64,000 nt of DNA from a virus. Each line of letters opens with the position of its first letter. Position 1 is the stretch's first letter. The position numbers were made by a program, and so were the translations under genes. The notes beneath the pieces are model-generated. The model saw only the letters and a program-made list of their open reading frames with translations. It was not told where the DNA came from and searched no databases. Below are positions 11,501 through 21,600 of the stretch, one piece after another. The stretch is taken from IMG/VR virus record IMGVR_UViG_3300028025_000092; one strand, given 5' to 3'.

Positions 11501-12834
11501 TTGGGGTTATACCAGACAAGATACCAAAAATTAATCTTTTGTCACGAATTCTTAGAGGTGTTGATTCTATAAAAATTCCTACTCCAAAGGAACTCGACGA
11601 ATTAAACAAAAATCTGCCTAACAATTCTAAGATAGTTGCTAGGTTTGATAACAAGTTAAAGGATCTTGCTAATTCCCCAGAGGACGTAAAAAAGTTAGAG
11701 GACTTAATTAAGAAAAGTGCTGTTGATCTTCTAGAGGGGGATAACTCACCTCTTAGTAGTAAAAAATTACTTTCGTTTAAAGCTAAAATAACTCCTGCCC
11801 CAAGAATTGGGGGTGCAGGGGTTCCTTTACCGTCGGGCTTGGAAGAAATACCAAATCCTGTAATTTCGCAATTAAAAAGTTTTATATCTAGCAATATAAA
11901 ACTAAATACAGATCAGCTATCATCTTTGGTGGGTAATTTATCAATTGCTGATAATAAAATTATAAGACAAAGAGATCTTAAAATGATTACAAAAAACGTG
12001 ATCAATTCGTCATTGTCAAAATTTCCAGTTGATTTAAAAAACTTTTCTATACCAGACCCTGCAAGCATGAAAGCCATGCTAAAATCCTTTACTAGTTTGG
12101 CATCCTCATTAAACCTCCCTGCCATTCCCCCAAAGAAGAGCGCATCTCCAATATCACCTATCGGCCCCGGAGGAATTCCTCCTATTATAATTCCTGGTAA
12201 GGTCATTAGTAATTTTTTAGTTGATAATGCAATGTCTACAATAAACGTAGAAATGCTTACCAAGTTATTACCCGGAGTGCTTGAAAATTTTGAAAATCTG
12301 TCGGATACTGATATAAAGATGATGTCTGATAATATCATTAAGAATTTTGCTAAGAAAGCTAAAATTCCTGTTTTAGATTCTATCCCTAAAATACCTATTC
12401 CTGCAAGAAATCAAGATTATATAGAATTTACTATGAATTTCTTGCCAACCCATCCTTTTTCGGACATAGCATTTACTTTATTATGGGACAAATTTAAAAC
12501 TCCTCCTAGGATACCAATACCTGGAGAATTCCTTGATGTGTATCTAAGAATACAGGATTCTATATTTTCCAAATTGCCTTGGCCTGTTGTAGTTGTTTTA
12601 GGTAGAAATTTAATTAATATATTAAATCCCCTATGGAACAATGAGGATATTCCCCGCTGGGATAGAATGAATTTAAAAAATCCATTTTATGTTGTTTTCA
12701 TGGACGAATTTTTAAGATCTGCTGTTGATATCTCGGGAGGATTCAAATTCTTTGCAGGCGCGGGAAAATTATTTTATCCCCTCCCAGATTCTGAAATCTA
12801 TTTGGGGTTTGGTACTAAGATTAACATAAACTAA
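8530..12834 (+). CDS. large hypothetical virion-associated protein (coiled coils, Cys cluster, Pro-rich hydrophobic segment)
   Basis: 1434-aa ORF overlapping the gp5-like gene. Confidence 0.6.
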   Translation: MSNNLENLEKWVKDFENGSITVEELASRLSSIPDPLGNEDDIIKVGEEINNSLEPEDLVLTDDDINDIICKYEGEELGNRLIWRILEKLNLTGDLKTDPEFDTNNSFESYFEKLSLQDRLQRAKEMLFDNLDLDILGIKIKNPNLKKRNFKILGFNFPLNIITLKGKPLFFHIPPPKLKLSKILETLKNRIKSKKVKSCEKKGTYIDEESLLKKLQDLLDDEKDEYNNVFEIADELFCEPAIPINPETGESLFNKTDLTQFLKEICEPDLPNPEIPVDPEPNIEDISDTINSCLKQTKAIFNEVREKNEEKSRLQKAEKELEEVFFYYKIVQNYYQELYSQFEKKSKAGKKGDPLNLALNLILGSGADDYIKKLNQFSSRFESTKKITSLGDKYIGISFGISFPHGLGKNIQYERVKTEANNDLMSQDYQKVDIAKLQIGMEFGKNGVLGGKDFSFFKEFESFIKFKNENPKNKSDYYSFVGDIENTNKSKDQIIKEIESDHGFLYSNLIETSASPWLFFTAQERGDNDARKSVDIKPSKTDKDGNPNKEFEEFWQDFKTKWDQKYNARKKIIEDKITDIKKLSDPLVEKLADYYLTVNVSSVKNNLDLLKGASDEIKKRVTSIEDSLMLIAEKITKLDQENSPEGISNRANSISCANKEEEKCPTVCCGPAGQSVKLSDTCASHRSPDCPNLFTKCYWKEFSKNLNKVGLLPLPAGLPPIENPAQFLPDLGLKYWPVGYLPPSFIPLPPPIVNPLDGLPFIRIPMPMVWTKVDPIVIPIGIGVIVIFVPFIGGFMPSPLVFFHDFLSGNSMFLLGLRGFRFIPRKSDPVSRDPLENYKKMLSRGIPNYLFPFSNLGKDDVDNPKRIFGEVISNLEKRLANYSNPINMEKIQKIQNRITKKKEEAQTKILEKKRKMALEGGDIKKEKEEIEKFLKSIDGEKIEALKDIIKEYLTGAVDIPDIQFPKKSKNLLVDLPQPIKALRDLDAKRKLGVIPDKIPKINLLSRILRGVDSIKIPTPKELDELNKNLPNNSKIVARFDNKLKDLANSPEDVKKLEDLIKKSAVDLLEGDNSPLSSKKLLSFKAKITPAPRIGGAGVPLPSGLEEIPNPVISQLKSFISSNIKLNTDQLSSLVGNLSIADNKIIRQRDLKMITKNVINSSLSKFPVDLKNFSIPDPASMKAMLKSFTSLASSLNLPAIPPKKSASPISPIGPGGIPPIIIPGKVISNFLVDNAMSTINVEMLTKLLPGVLENFENLSDTDIKMMSDNIIKNFAKKAKIPVLDSIPKIPIPARNQDYIEFTMNFLPTHPFSDIAFTLLWDKFKTPPRIPIPGEFLDVYLRIQDSIFSKLPWPVVVVLGRNLINILNPLWNNEDIPRWDRMNLKNPFYVVFMDEFLRSAVDISGGFKFFAGAGKLFYPLPDSEIYLGFGTKININ

Positions 12835-12856
12835 AAATATCTAAAACAAAAAAAAA

Positions 12857-13981
12857 ATGGCTAAGCAAAGACTTTACACAAGGGATGAGTATTCTCCGGA
12901 GGAAAGAGCTGTTATGGATGCCCTTTATGAAGGGCACTTTAAAAGTAATTTTACCGATAATAATATCAAATCTTATTCTAAGGAGCTAGAAGAAAATCAA
13001 GTATTAAGTGTTAAAATCACACAGATAAGAGGAAGCAGTGCAATAGGGGAAACCCTAACAGGTCAATCTGTTTCTATCGATTTATCTAAAGAGGAAAAAG
13101 CAATTCGTAGATTAGGATTTCCAGCAATTGCTGTTCAAGAAGGAACGCAATTAGATGTGGTTATTTTTAAAGACAAATCTGGATCATACAATGGTTCATT
13201 GGCGGCTGGGTATGAAAATTCGTTGAAAAATGAATTATTAGCATCAATCAAAGACGAAAATACTGCATATACAGTTAGAATAGATTCAACCTGTCCTGGT
13301 GGATTTATGGTAAATCTTTCTGGAATCAAGTGTTTCCTTCCAGGATCACTAGCAGCAGCAAATAGAATTATAGATTTTCAATCTTTTGTTGGCAGAACAA
13401 TAAATGTTATGATTGAAACTTATGACGAAAAGAGAGACATTTTTGTTGTATCGTTTAAAAAGTATCTAAGACATATTATAGATGCTAAGGTTGAGGAATT
13501 ATCTTTAACCCAAAAATATACTGGAACTGTTACAGGAACATCTAATGCAGGTGTATTTGTTGAATGGGACGAGTATTATACTGGTTTAATTCCTGCAGAG
13601 GAATTCGAGAATAATGGCCTTAAAATGGATTTAAATGCGGGAGGAAGCGTATCATTCTATGTTTCTGACTTTAGAAATCCTAACAGAATAGTTTTAAGAT
13701 TAAACCCACCTGATGATAAAGATAGGGAATTACAGGAACTTAGAGACGTTTCTTTATTAGAAGATAAAGAAAATAAAATATATAGAGGGACAGTAACCAA
13801 AGTTAAAGGTTTTGGAGTTTTTGTAAAACTTGAAAACGGAATAGTTGGACTAGTCGAAAAGGACTATTTAGCAGGAAATCCAAAAGACTATGAGGTTGGT
13901 TCAGAAATGGCCTTCACAGTCTTGGACGTAGAGCTACAGAGTTCAAAACTCTATTTAAAAGAAAAAATTGAAAATACTTGA
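12857..13981 (+). CDS. rpsA: ribosomal protein S1 homologue (about 4 S1/OB domains)
   Basis: GGFMVNLSGIKCFLPGS, YTGTVTGTSNAGVFVEW...GLIP and YRGTVTKVKGFGVFVKLENGIVGLV are S1 repeats; N-terminal YSPEERAVMDALYE resembles Bacteroidota S1. Confidence 0.85.
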   Translation: MAKQRLYTRDEYSPEERAVMDALYEGHFKSNFTDNNIKSYSKELEENQVLSVKITQIRGSSAIGETLTGQSVSIDLSKEEKAIRRLGFPAIAVQEGTQLDVVIFKDKSGSYNGSLAAGYENSLKNELLASIKDENTAYTVRIDSTCPGGFMVNLSGIKCFLPGSLAAANRIIDFQSFVGRTINVMIETYDEKRDIFVVSFKKYLRHIIDAKVEELSLTQKYTGTVTGTSNAGVFVEWDEYYTGLIPAEEFENNGLKMDLNAGGSVSFYVSDFRNPNRIVLRLNPPDDKDRELQELRDVSLLEDKENKIYRGTVTKVKGFGVFVKLENGIVGLVEKDYLAGNPKDYEVGSEMAFTVLDVELQSSKLYLKEKIENT

Positions 13982-15431
13982 TCAAAATTTTTATTACGCA
14001 GCTCAAATAGGATTCGAGTTTGAATTCATGTCGTCCTTTACTAGAGACGAAATTGCAGACAAAATTGGGGAAGATTTAGGGAAAAAAGTTAAGGTATTTA
14101 GAAAATACCACTCTAAATTTTCCCCAACTCGTGATATTTTTAAGCTAGAGCCTGATTTTTCGGGAGGTTTAAAAATGGTAGAGTTAATTACCGGTCCTAT
14201 GGATTATTTCGAAGCTATTCCGGTTTTAATCAGAATTCTTAAATGGATAGACGAAAATGGATACACCACAGAAAAATCCGCACTTCAATTTGGTCTAAGT
14301 TTCGATAGATTAAAATATCCTTCTCTGGTTGATTTTAAAGAACTGAATCCCCTAAAATTCGTTTTGGGATTTGATGAAGAGTTTATTTGGAGCAGATTTC
14401 CAGAAAGAAGAGGATCCTTATACGCTAAATCAATTAAAAGAATTTCTCCCTCTAACAAGTTTATCAGGGGGTATAAAAATGTTTTAGGCGACAGAAATGC
14501 TTATAAGGTCTATACTGAAAAAAATATGGGCGTGAATCTAACTAAGTTAGAGCAAGGTTACATGGAGGTTAGATATATGGGGGGTACGGATTATCAGAAA
14601 AAGTATTCGGAGATAAAAGAAGTTATAGATTACACTATCAGTCACACATTTAATTCACTTTTAAGTAATGACACATTAAACCAGAAAGAAACCGCTGCTC
14701 TTAGCGAACTAATTTCTAATGTTTATAAGGAAACTGAAAGTTTTATTGATGCTGAATCCTTTATGAGAAATTATCCTAATTTCCACGTAAGTGTAGATTT
14801 AAGAGAGGATTTACAAATAATTAAAACTTATTTTAATGAGGTCAGAAATATTCTTTATAGTTTAATAGTTGAAAATTCAGTAACAGAGGGATTTTTAAAT
14901 TATGACACTCAAATAGCTAAGTATCAATTAAAAGATGCAGTTACCAATAGAGCTAATATGATAAAAGACCTAGATTTAATTGAATGTGAGATAGAGGGTA
15001 ATATTGGAAGATGTAGATTATTTGGATGTACTCTAAATAACTGTCAAATAGAGGATTCACAATTAGTTATGAATAATGACATAAAAGAGTCTAAAATAAT
15101 AGATTGTGATTTAAGTTTTAGCAACAAAATAATAAACTCCTATATAGACTCAAAAGACAGAGAAATCAGCTGCGAGGTAGAAGCAGGAGTAATTAGATCT
15201 GGTTACATTACAAATCTAGCTGAGGTATCGAAAGAAACCGAAATCATTAATAATAACGCAGATGCAAAAGGGAAAGATAAAGGAAAAGGAAAGGGCGGTA
15301 AAATGCTAATTACTTCAGTATTTCCCGATAGAAATGATGACGGACAGATAAGACCGAACGGACCCTTCAGCAATCTAAACACAGGCAAACCTAGTTTTTC
15401 GATAAATAGATTGTTTAAAAATAACAACTAA
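13968..15431 (+). CDS. putative amidoligase (COOH-NH2 ligase type 2) with C-terminal beta-helix-like repeats
   Basis: IGFEFEF, LEPDFSGG..VELITGP and YMEVRYMG motifs; C-terminal Ile/Cys-rich short repeats; TTG start overlaps the S1 gene. Confidence 0.7.
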   Translation: MKILDQNFYYAAQIGFEFEFMSSFTRDEIADKIGEDLGKKVKVFRKYHSKFSPTRDIFKLEPDFSGGLKMVELITGPMDYFEAIPVLIRILKWIDENGYTTEKSALQFGLSFDRLKYPSLVDFKELNPLKFVLGFDEEFIWSRFPERRGSLYAKSIKRISPSNKFIRGYKNVLGDRNAYKVYTEKNMGVNLTKLEQGYMEVRYMGGTDYQKKYSEIKEVIDYTISHTFNSLLSNDTLNQKETAALSELISNVYKETESFIDAESFMRNYPNFHVSVDLREDLQIIKTYFNEVRNILYSLIVENSVTEGFLNYDTQIAKYQLKDAVTNRANMIKDLDLIECEIEGNIGRCRLFGCTLNNCQIEDSQLVMNNDIKESKIIDCDLSFSNKIINSYIDSKDREISCEVEAGVIRSGYITNLAEVSKETEIINNNADAKGKDKGKGKGGKMLITSVFPDRNDDGQIRPNGPFSNLNTGKPSFSINRLFKNNN

Positions 15432-15434
15432 GTA

Positions 15435-16205
15435 ATGAACACCACAGAAGATCAGTTGATACAAGAGGTTAAGGACGATATTTCTCACTCATGTGCCCTA
15501 CCATATGCCTTAAACGATGGGGAGATAAAAAGAATTATAAAAAGAGCTAAGGCTTATTTTTATGATAACTATCAATATGCGGTTGAAGATAAGATAATGG
15601 TATTACCCGCTGTAATATTTGCAGGCCCACAATTTAGAGCAACAAGACAGGTCCAACTTCCTGAGTGTGTGGTAAGTGTATGGGACGTGAGAGAGGTTGG
15701 TGGTGCCGGACTAGTAGGTACACCAGACAGAGATTTTGGAGACAGTAAATTGCTAGGCTCAGAATTAATGCTAAGTCCTTTCGTTGGTGATAATTTAGTT
15801 TACAGAACAGTATTATATTCATTTTTTGATTTAGCAAAAGCATATCTATTAGAGACCTTTGCTTTTAATTACAATAAAAATACCAAGAGATTAACAATAA
15901 ACGGTAGAGATCCTAATAGAACAACATCTACCGGATTAACTATGGGAGGTAGAGACGTTGGGGTTAGAGCATTTATTGCAATTCCGGAGGAGAATCTCTA
16001 TTCCGATGAACTTTTTGTCAGATATGTTTTAGCCGAAGCTAAAATCAATATAGGTAGACTTTTAGGAACATTTGGGTATCAATTACCTGGTGGAGTAACC
16101 ATAAATGCTGCTGCTATTCAATCTATAGGACAGGCAGAGAAAGCAGAGGTTATGGAAATGATTAAAAGCGAAAACACTCCTAGCTATTTCTTGCAGTGGA
16201 ATTAA
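15435..16205 (+). CDS. neck protein (gp13-like)
   Basis: FNYNKNTKRL and FVRYVLAEAKINIGRLLGTFGYQLPGGVTIN match the T4 gp13 family. Confidence 0.8.
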   Translation: MNTTEDQLIQEVKDDISHSCALPYALNDGEIKRIIKRAKAYFYDNYQYAVEDKIMVLPAVIFAGPQFRATRQVQLPECVVSVWDVREVGGAGLVGTPDRDFGDSKLLGSELMLSPFVGDNLVYRTVLYSFFDLAKAYLLETFAFNYNKNTKRLTINGRDPNRTTSTGLTMGGRDVGVRAFIAIPEENLYSDELFVRYVLAEAKINIGRLLGTFGYQLPGGVTINAAAIQSIGQAEKAEVMEMIKSENTPSYFLQWN

Positions 16206-16232
16206 CCCCTTTAATTATCTTCTCCTAATATT

Positions 16233-16246
16233 TATAAATATATAAG
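16233..16246 (+). promoter_or_regulatory. late-type promoter TATAAATA/AATATATAA
   Basis: Contains an exact T4 late consensus TATAAATA before the gp25-like gene. Confidence 0.6.
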
Positions 16247-16253
16247 GGAGATA

Positions 16254-16625
16254 ATGATCAAAATTTCGGACATATACCCAAGAAATCCTGATGATCCGCT
16301 TTACGTACCAAATAAGCTGGAGACCGACGATGTCGTAGAATCCACTATAGGTATGATTAAGCAGATTATGCTAACCAAGCCAGGCTCTGTTCTTGGAGAT
16401 CCATTTTTTGGTATAGATCTTGAATCACTTATATTTGATTTTGACGTTTCCCAATCAGAGCTAGAAGAGGCAATAAGCTTACAACTTTATACCTATTGTA
16501 CATTTGCTAGGGGAATATTAAAAGTAGATTTTAAGATTGGATTCTACCAGGGAGACACCCGAGATAGCTGTGTTATTGAATTTGGAATCAAAGGAAACCC
16601 GGTATTAGGAATAAAGGTAATTTAA
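16254..16625 (+). CDS. baseplate wedge protein gp25-like
   Basis: IKQIMLTKPGSVLGDPFFGIDLESLIFD is the gp25/GPW signature. Confidence 0.85.
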   Translation: MIKISDIYPRNPDDPLYVPNKLETDDVVESTIGMIKQIMLTKPGSVLGDPFFGIDLESLIFDFDVSQSELEEAISLQLYTYCTFARGILKVDFKIGFYQGDTRDSCVIEFGIKGNPVLGIKVI

Positions 16626-16629
16626 AAAA

Positions 16630-18354
16630 ATGGATTTATTTAAAAAAAATCGGGCCAGAATACAAGATCTATTACAAGATACCCTGGACCTTATACAAAG
16701 AAGATACAATCAGGCAAACCAGTTATTTACTGTGGCTTCTGCCTGGGGTCAGATTTTATTTGTTTTACAAAACCTTTCCCAGCTTATTCTATTCTTTATA
16801 GAGGATTCAATCACTGAACTTGACATCAAGAAGGCAAGTAGAGAAAGCTCTGTTTACGGATTAGCTGCTCTAACAGGGCATAATGCAACGAGAAGCAGTT
16901 CAGCAAGGGGACAGGTAGAAATAATATGGAACGGAATAGATTCCACAACAGTTGGTGGCGGGGCAATCCTAATTCCTAGATATGCTTCTATAAAATTCCA
17001 AAACGGAGGTACCGGATATCTCCTAAACCTACCACAGGATTTTGCTAGAATTAATCTCAATTCTACATCTAAAATAACATGTGAGATTATAGAGGGAAGC
17101 ATAAGATCTACAGTTTTCACAGGTAACGGAACTGTACTTCAAAGCTATAACGTTTCTGATAGGGTAACTTCCGCTATAGATAATTTTGAGGTTAAGGTTT
17201 TTGTTAACAGCGAGGAATGGAAAGTTTATGATTCCTTGTATGATATACCATTCAATTACAAAGGATGTCTGGTAAAAACCGGAATAAGCAGTGGTATAGA
17301 TGTTATATTCGGAAATTTAAACTTTGGAAGAATTCCTACGCTTGGTTCAACCATTACTGTACAATATGTCGAAACCCTAGGAACTGGTGGTAATATTAAT
17401 TCCATTGAGCCTAATAAAATACCGTTTGAATTTGATGATGATGGAACAGACGTTTATGGAAATAATGTTTCTTTAAAGGAATATTTAAAGGTTAGCTGTA
17501 TAACCCCACCACAATTAGGAATTGATAAAGAATCTATACAGTTAACAAAAATACTAGCTCCCAAAACTTCAAGGTCATATGTTCTTGCAAATCCAGATAA
17601 CTATATTACATATTTTGAAAAATTTGGAACATTCTCTATAATAGAGGCATTTTCAACCTTTGATGATCAGTATTTAGACGACGATAATATTATTTATGTT
17701 TTATTAGTTCCCGATATTACACAGAAGCTAAAAACAAATGAAACATACTTTGACATCAAAGAATCCGAATTTACTCTAACCACTTTTCAAAAAGATAGAT
17801 TATTAAATTCTATAGAGGAGAGTGGACAAAAAATAGTTACCACCGAAGTTAAAATACTAGAGCCTAAAATTTCTAGATACGTTATTAACGTATTAATTAC
17901 AATGTTTGAGGGATATGATCCAGCAACAGTTAAGGGGCAAATGATAGATTCAATTAGTACGTACTTTATCGGAATCAGGAGAAGAGATAAAATACCAAGA
18001 TCCGATCTTATTGCTATTATCGAATCTATCCCTGGTGTAGACTCAGTAACACTTTTCTTTATTTCTCAAAAAAATGAGAACTATGCAATAAGTGTTTCAT
18101 CTCTATCTGATACAGATCCTAAGAAAAAAATAGTTTTGGGTCTGGATGAATTTGGTGATATTTCATTCGATAAGGATGAGATTGCAATAATAGCGGGTGG
18201 ATGGTCAGATAGAGCTGGACTTTTCTATGATAGAGGAGCGGATTTAAACAAGCTTTCTTCTATAAATATAGATGTTAGAAGTATAGTTCCTATTACGCAT
18301 AATACGGAGATAAACCAAAGGAATAAGACCTTCATAAAAAATAGCACTCAATAA
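16630..18354 (+). CDS. baseplate wedge protein gp6 / baseplate J-like
   Basis: ASRESSVYGLA, VIFGNLNFGRIP...ITVQYVETLGTGGN, ESIQLTKILAP...VLANPDNY. Confidence 0.85.
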   Translation: MDLFKKNRARIQDLLQDTLDLIQRRYNQANQLFTVASAWGQILFVLQNLSQLILFFIEDSITELDIKKASRESSVYGLAALTGHNATRSSSARGQVEIIWNGIDSTTVGGGAILIPRYASIKFQNGGTGYLLNLPQDFARINLNSTSKITCEIIEGSIRSTVFTGNGTVLQSYNVSDRVTSAIDNFEVKVFVNSEEWKVYDSLYDIPFNYKGCLVKTGISSGIDVIFGNLNFGRIPTLGSTITVQYVETLGTGGNINSIEPNKIPFEFDDDGTDVYGNNVSLKEYLKVSCITPPQLGIDKESIQLTKILAPKTSRSYVLANPDNYITYFEKFGTFSIIEAFSTFDDQYLDDDNIIYVLLVPDITQKLKTNETYFDIKESEFTLTTFQKDRLLNSIEESGQKIVTTEVKILEPKISRYVINVLITMFEGYDPATVKGQMIDSISTYFIGIRRRDKIPRSDLIAIIESIPGVDSVTLFFISQKNENYAISVSSLSDTDPKKKIVLGLDEFGDISFDKDEIAIIAGGWSDRAGLFYDRGADLNKLSSINIDVRSIVPITHNTEINQRNKTFIKNSTQ

Positions 18355-18608
18355 TGTTTAATACAGAAAGAAAAAGTTATTACGAATACCTTGGATCAAC
18401 CGAGGATAGAAGATCTAATACTGGATTTGACTATGAAGGGAAAATTCTTGAAAAAACTATGTCCTCTATAACACTCAGCGGGGATGCTAGCAGAAAAAAC
18501 ATACTAGGATCGATTGAGAAAGTTGTTTTTAGATTGGTGGAGACCACAAAGAATATTAGAAACTTTGTAAATTATAGAGTTCCTAAAAATAATAAGTACG
18601 TTAGATAA
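18354..18608 (+). CDS. small baseplate-associated hypothetical protein
   Basis: Coupled by TAATG overlaps to both neighbours. Confidence 0.6.
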   Translation: MFNTERKSYYEYLGSTEDRRSNTGFDYEGKILEKTMSSITLSGDASRKNILGSIEKVVFRLVETTKNIRNFVNYRVPKNNKYVR

Positions 18609-21600
18609 TGAGTTATAAAAATTTACTCTTTTTTAATAAATCTGGACACCAAACAAATTTAATCTGGAATGGTGATTTTTGGGAAGCTAGATTAATGCTA
18701 CCTACGGTTTCTGTTGATCTTTTTGAAATCGAGCATTTTTTTATAGTAGAAAAATTCAAAAATTCTCAAGGGGAGATAGTTTATGGGTATCCCCATATAA
18801 CACCCGATTTATCATCTACAACATCAGCTTCTAAAATCTTCGGTTCATTCGTAGCTGGATCAAGAAAAGTTGTAACCGACGTTGAACCACTAGCATCTTA
18901 TATTGGAGCTAAACTTTTTTCCACACAGTTTCCTAATGGTAACGAAATAGTAGGAGTAGATGTTAGTGCAAAAACAATAACTCTTAATGATCCTGCAACT
19001 TATGCAGAAAGTCTAGTACCTTTAGTTTTTAATCTTTGGAAAGCATCCTTTGAAACAACAAGAAACGTTTTAGATTTTGATACATTTCCATCTTTTAAAT
19101 GTGATATTGTTAAAGGAAGAGATTACATTATTACCAATATAGACCTAACCGATATTAACGAAAGTTCGGAGCATCTAATGATTCTGGGAAATGGAATCCC
19201 TAAAGACGCAAGAATAACTAGCATATCTGGAAAAAATATTTATTTAAATAAAATATGTGAGGTTTCTATTAGTAGCACCACAGTTTTTGTTTATCCAGTA
19301 GAAGAAAGAAACGACGTTTCTGATTATATCTTTCAATACGAATTACTAGAAGATCAAACCCTTGATGCTCCTGTACTAAACGTGTTACAAGATTCATATA
19401 TTAAATTAGGATATGATTCTTCTGAATCAATAATTGATAACACAAGAAATACCAATCTAATAGATTCATCAAGCGTTTCAATTAACTTAGCACTAAGATC
19501 CAACGAGGAAGGTATTTTTGGTAGAACACTTGTTATCGAAGATCTTTCTTTAGGGTATCCAAAGATTATAGCTCGTATAGAAATACACGGGGAAACTATA
19601 GGGGAAGACGAGAGATACAGAACAATGCTTGCCAACTTCGGAAGAAGACTAAACTCAGAGGATTCTTTTATTCTGAGGGATACTGATCCCAAAGAGCCTT
19701 ATACTGATTATGAAATAGTAAACGCTAAAAGAAAAGAATTACTTCTAGAGGGTCACGAGATTTTCCCATATCTTGGATCATACAAAGGGCTAATTAATGC
19801 AATTAGATTTTTTGGATATCAGGATCTAAGAATCAAAGAATATTGGCTAAATATCAAGAAATCAGACACTCCGGAATCTGCCTTAAAACAAAACTCGGAT
19901 TTTGTTGAGAAGTTAAGGGCAGAGCCACAAAGTCAATCAACTCTAATTGGAAGCTTACTTGACGACGAAAACTCAGGTAAATACAAACAGATTGAAATCT
20001 ATGGTAAAAAAGATGATGGAACCTATGGGTTAAAATCCCCAATAGAAAATCTATTTCCTTCTTCTAGCTTTAAGAAAACATCTCTATTTGGATTATTTTA
20101 TGATATCAATAAAATAGTAGAAGACGAGTTTGATCAATTCGGGTATCCTCTAGTAGAAAATGCTTTCTTGTTTTCTCCTGACGAGGTCTTAATGAAATTG
20201 TTTGGTCTTAAGGAAAAACTAAAAAAAGATTACTTACCCCTTAATGCAAGGATAATTGATATTACAGGAGAAGGTGTATATTTTGGTGTATACAAGACCA
20301 GAGGATGGGTAGACAACTTAAAAATAGACGAGCTAAATCAGGGTTTAGATGTAGACATAAAGGCTTTTCCTGAATATGGCTATATTGAAGATCTAAGACC
20401 GTTTGGAATAAGACCGAATAATACAATACCGTATGTTCCGTTTATTGGGACTAATCAGTCAATTTACAAATTCAGTAACTACGGAAATACAGTACAGCCA
20501 ATACCATCAAATCCTATTTTAAGACCTCAGGAATCTAAAAAGCTTGCTGATGCCATTATTAATTTCCATGACGAAAGAAATTATCTAGGGATAGAAAAAT
20601 TTAGACTTGGTGACGGTGATAGTAAAAATGGTGGCTACTTTAAACTTTCTGATGGATTAAAATATGAAGTACCTGCAGGATTTCCTACAGTTCTTGAAGT
20701 TACCTCTTTTATATTAACGTGGGATGAGATAAACAATAAATGGGAAGGGCTAGACAGAAACATTTCTACATACTCAACTCAGATTGCATCATTTGGAGAT
20801 ATTCTAAATTATACAGGGGATACACATATTGATTCTTCCTTGAATTTTACATTTGATCTTAGTACTCTTTTTGGTACTATATTCAATGTTACACTTCCTA
20901 CCGGAATAACATTTTTAAATCCAACAGCAGGTAAAGTTCAAGTTAAATTTACATCTACTGTTGACCCCGCCTGTCATTTTATTGCTGAGGTTCAGTCATA
21001 TAATACTTCAACCGGTGCTTGTGTTTTAAAACTTTTAAGTGTTAAAAACGAAGGAATTCTTAGTTCGTGGGATGTTGAATTAACAAACATATCTTCAAGT
21101 AATCTGGATGTAGAATATTACGACTACTCTTTTAATCCCGATGGGTTTTATTCCTGGGATAATTTAAGATTTGCTGGATTCTATGAAATAGAATGGACAG
21201 TAGAGAAGAAAGATGACAACCCCTTTTATTATGAATTTAGAGGCCGTTTAAGCGACTATTATAAAATCCCAGTGGTATTACCGTACGACGGAATATACTC
21301 TGTTAAATGCAGGGTATGGGACGGATTTAATGACATATGCTCGGTATACAATGAAAATTATATCGAGGTAAAGAAAAGAGATATAGAACTTGCAAATGTT
21401 GCCAGATTTAGGGAGACTGAGGTTTATACATGGGAGAATACCAAGAAAGACTGGAACAGTTATAGCTCAATGTGGCTATATCCGGTAGAGGGAACAGAGA
21501 GAATTAATATCTCTAACCAAATACTTAATTTTAGTGAATATGGAAATCAAAACAATGAAGGACAAAACTGTAAGGTTCTTAAGCAATTTGGTGACACCAT

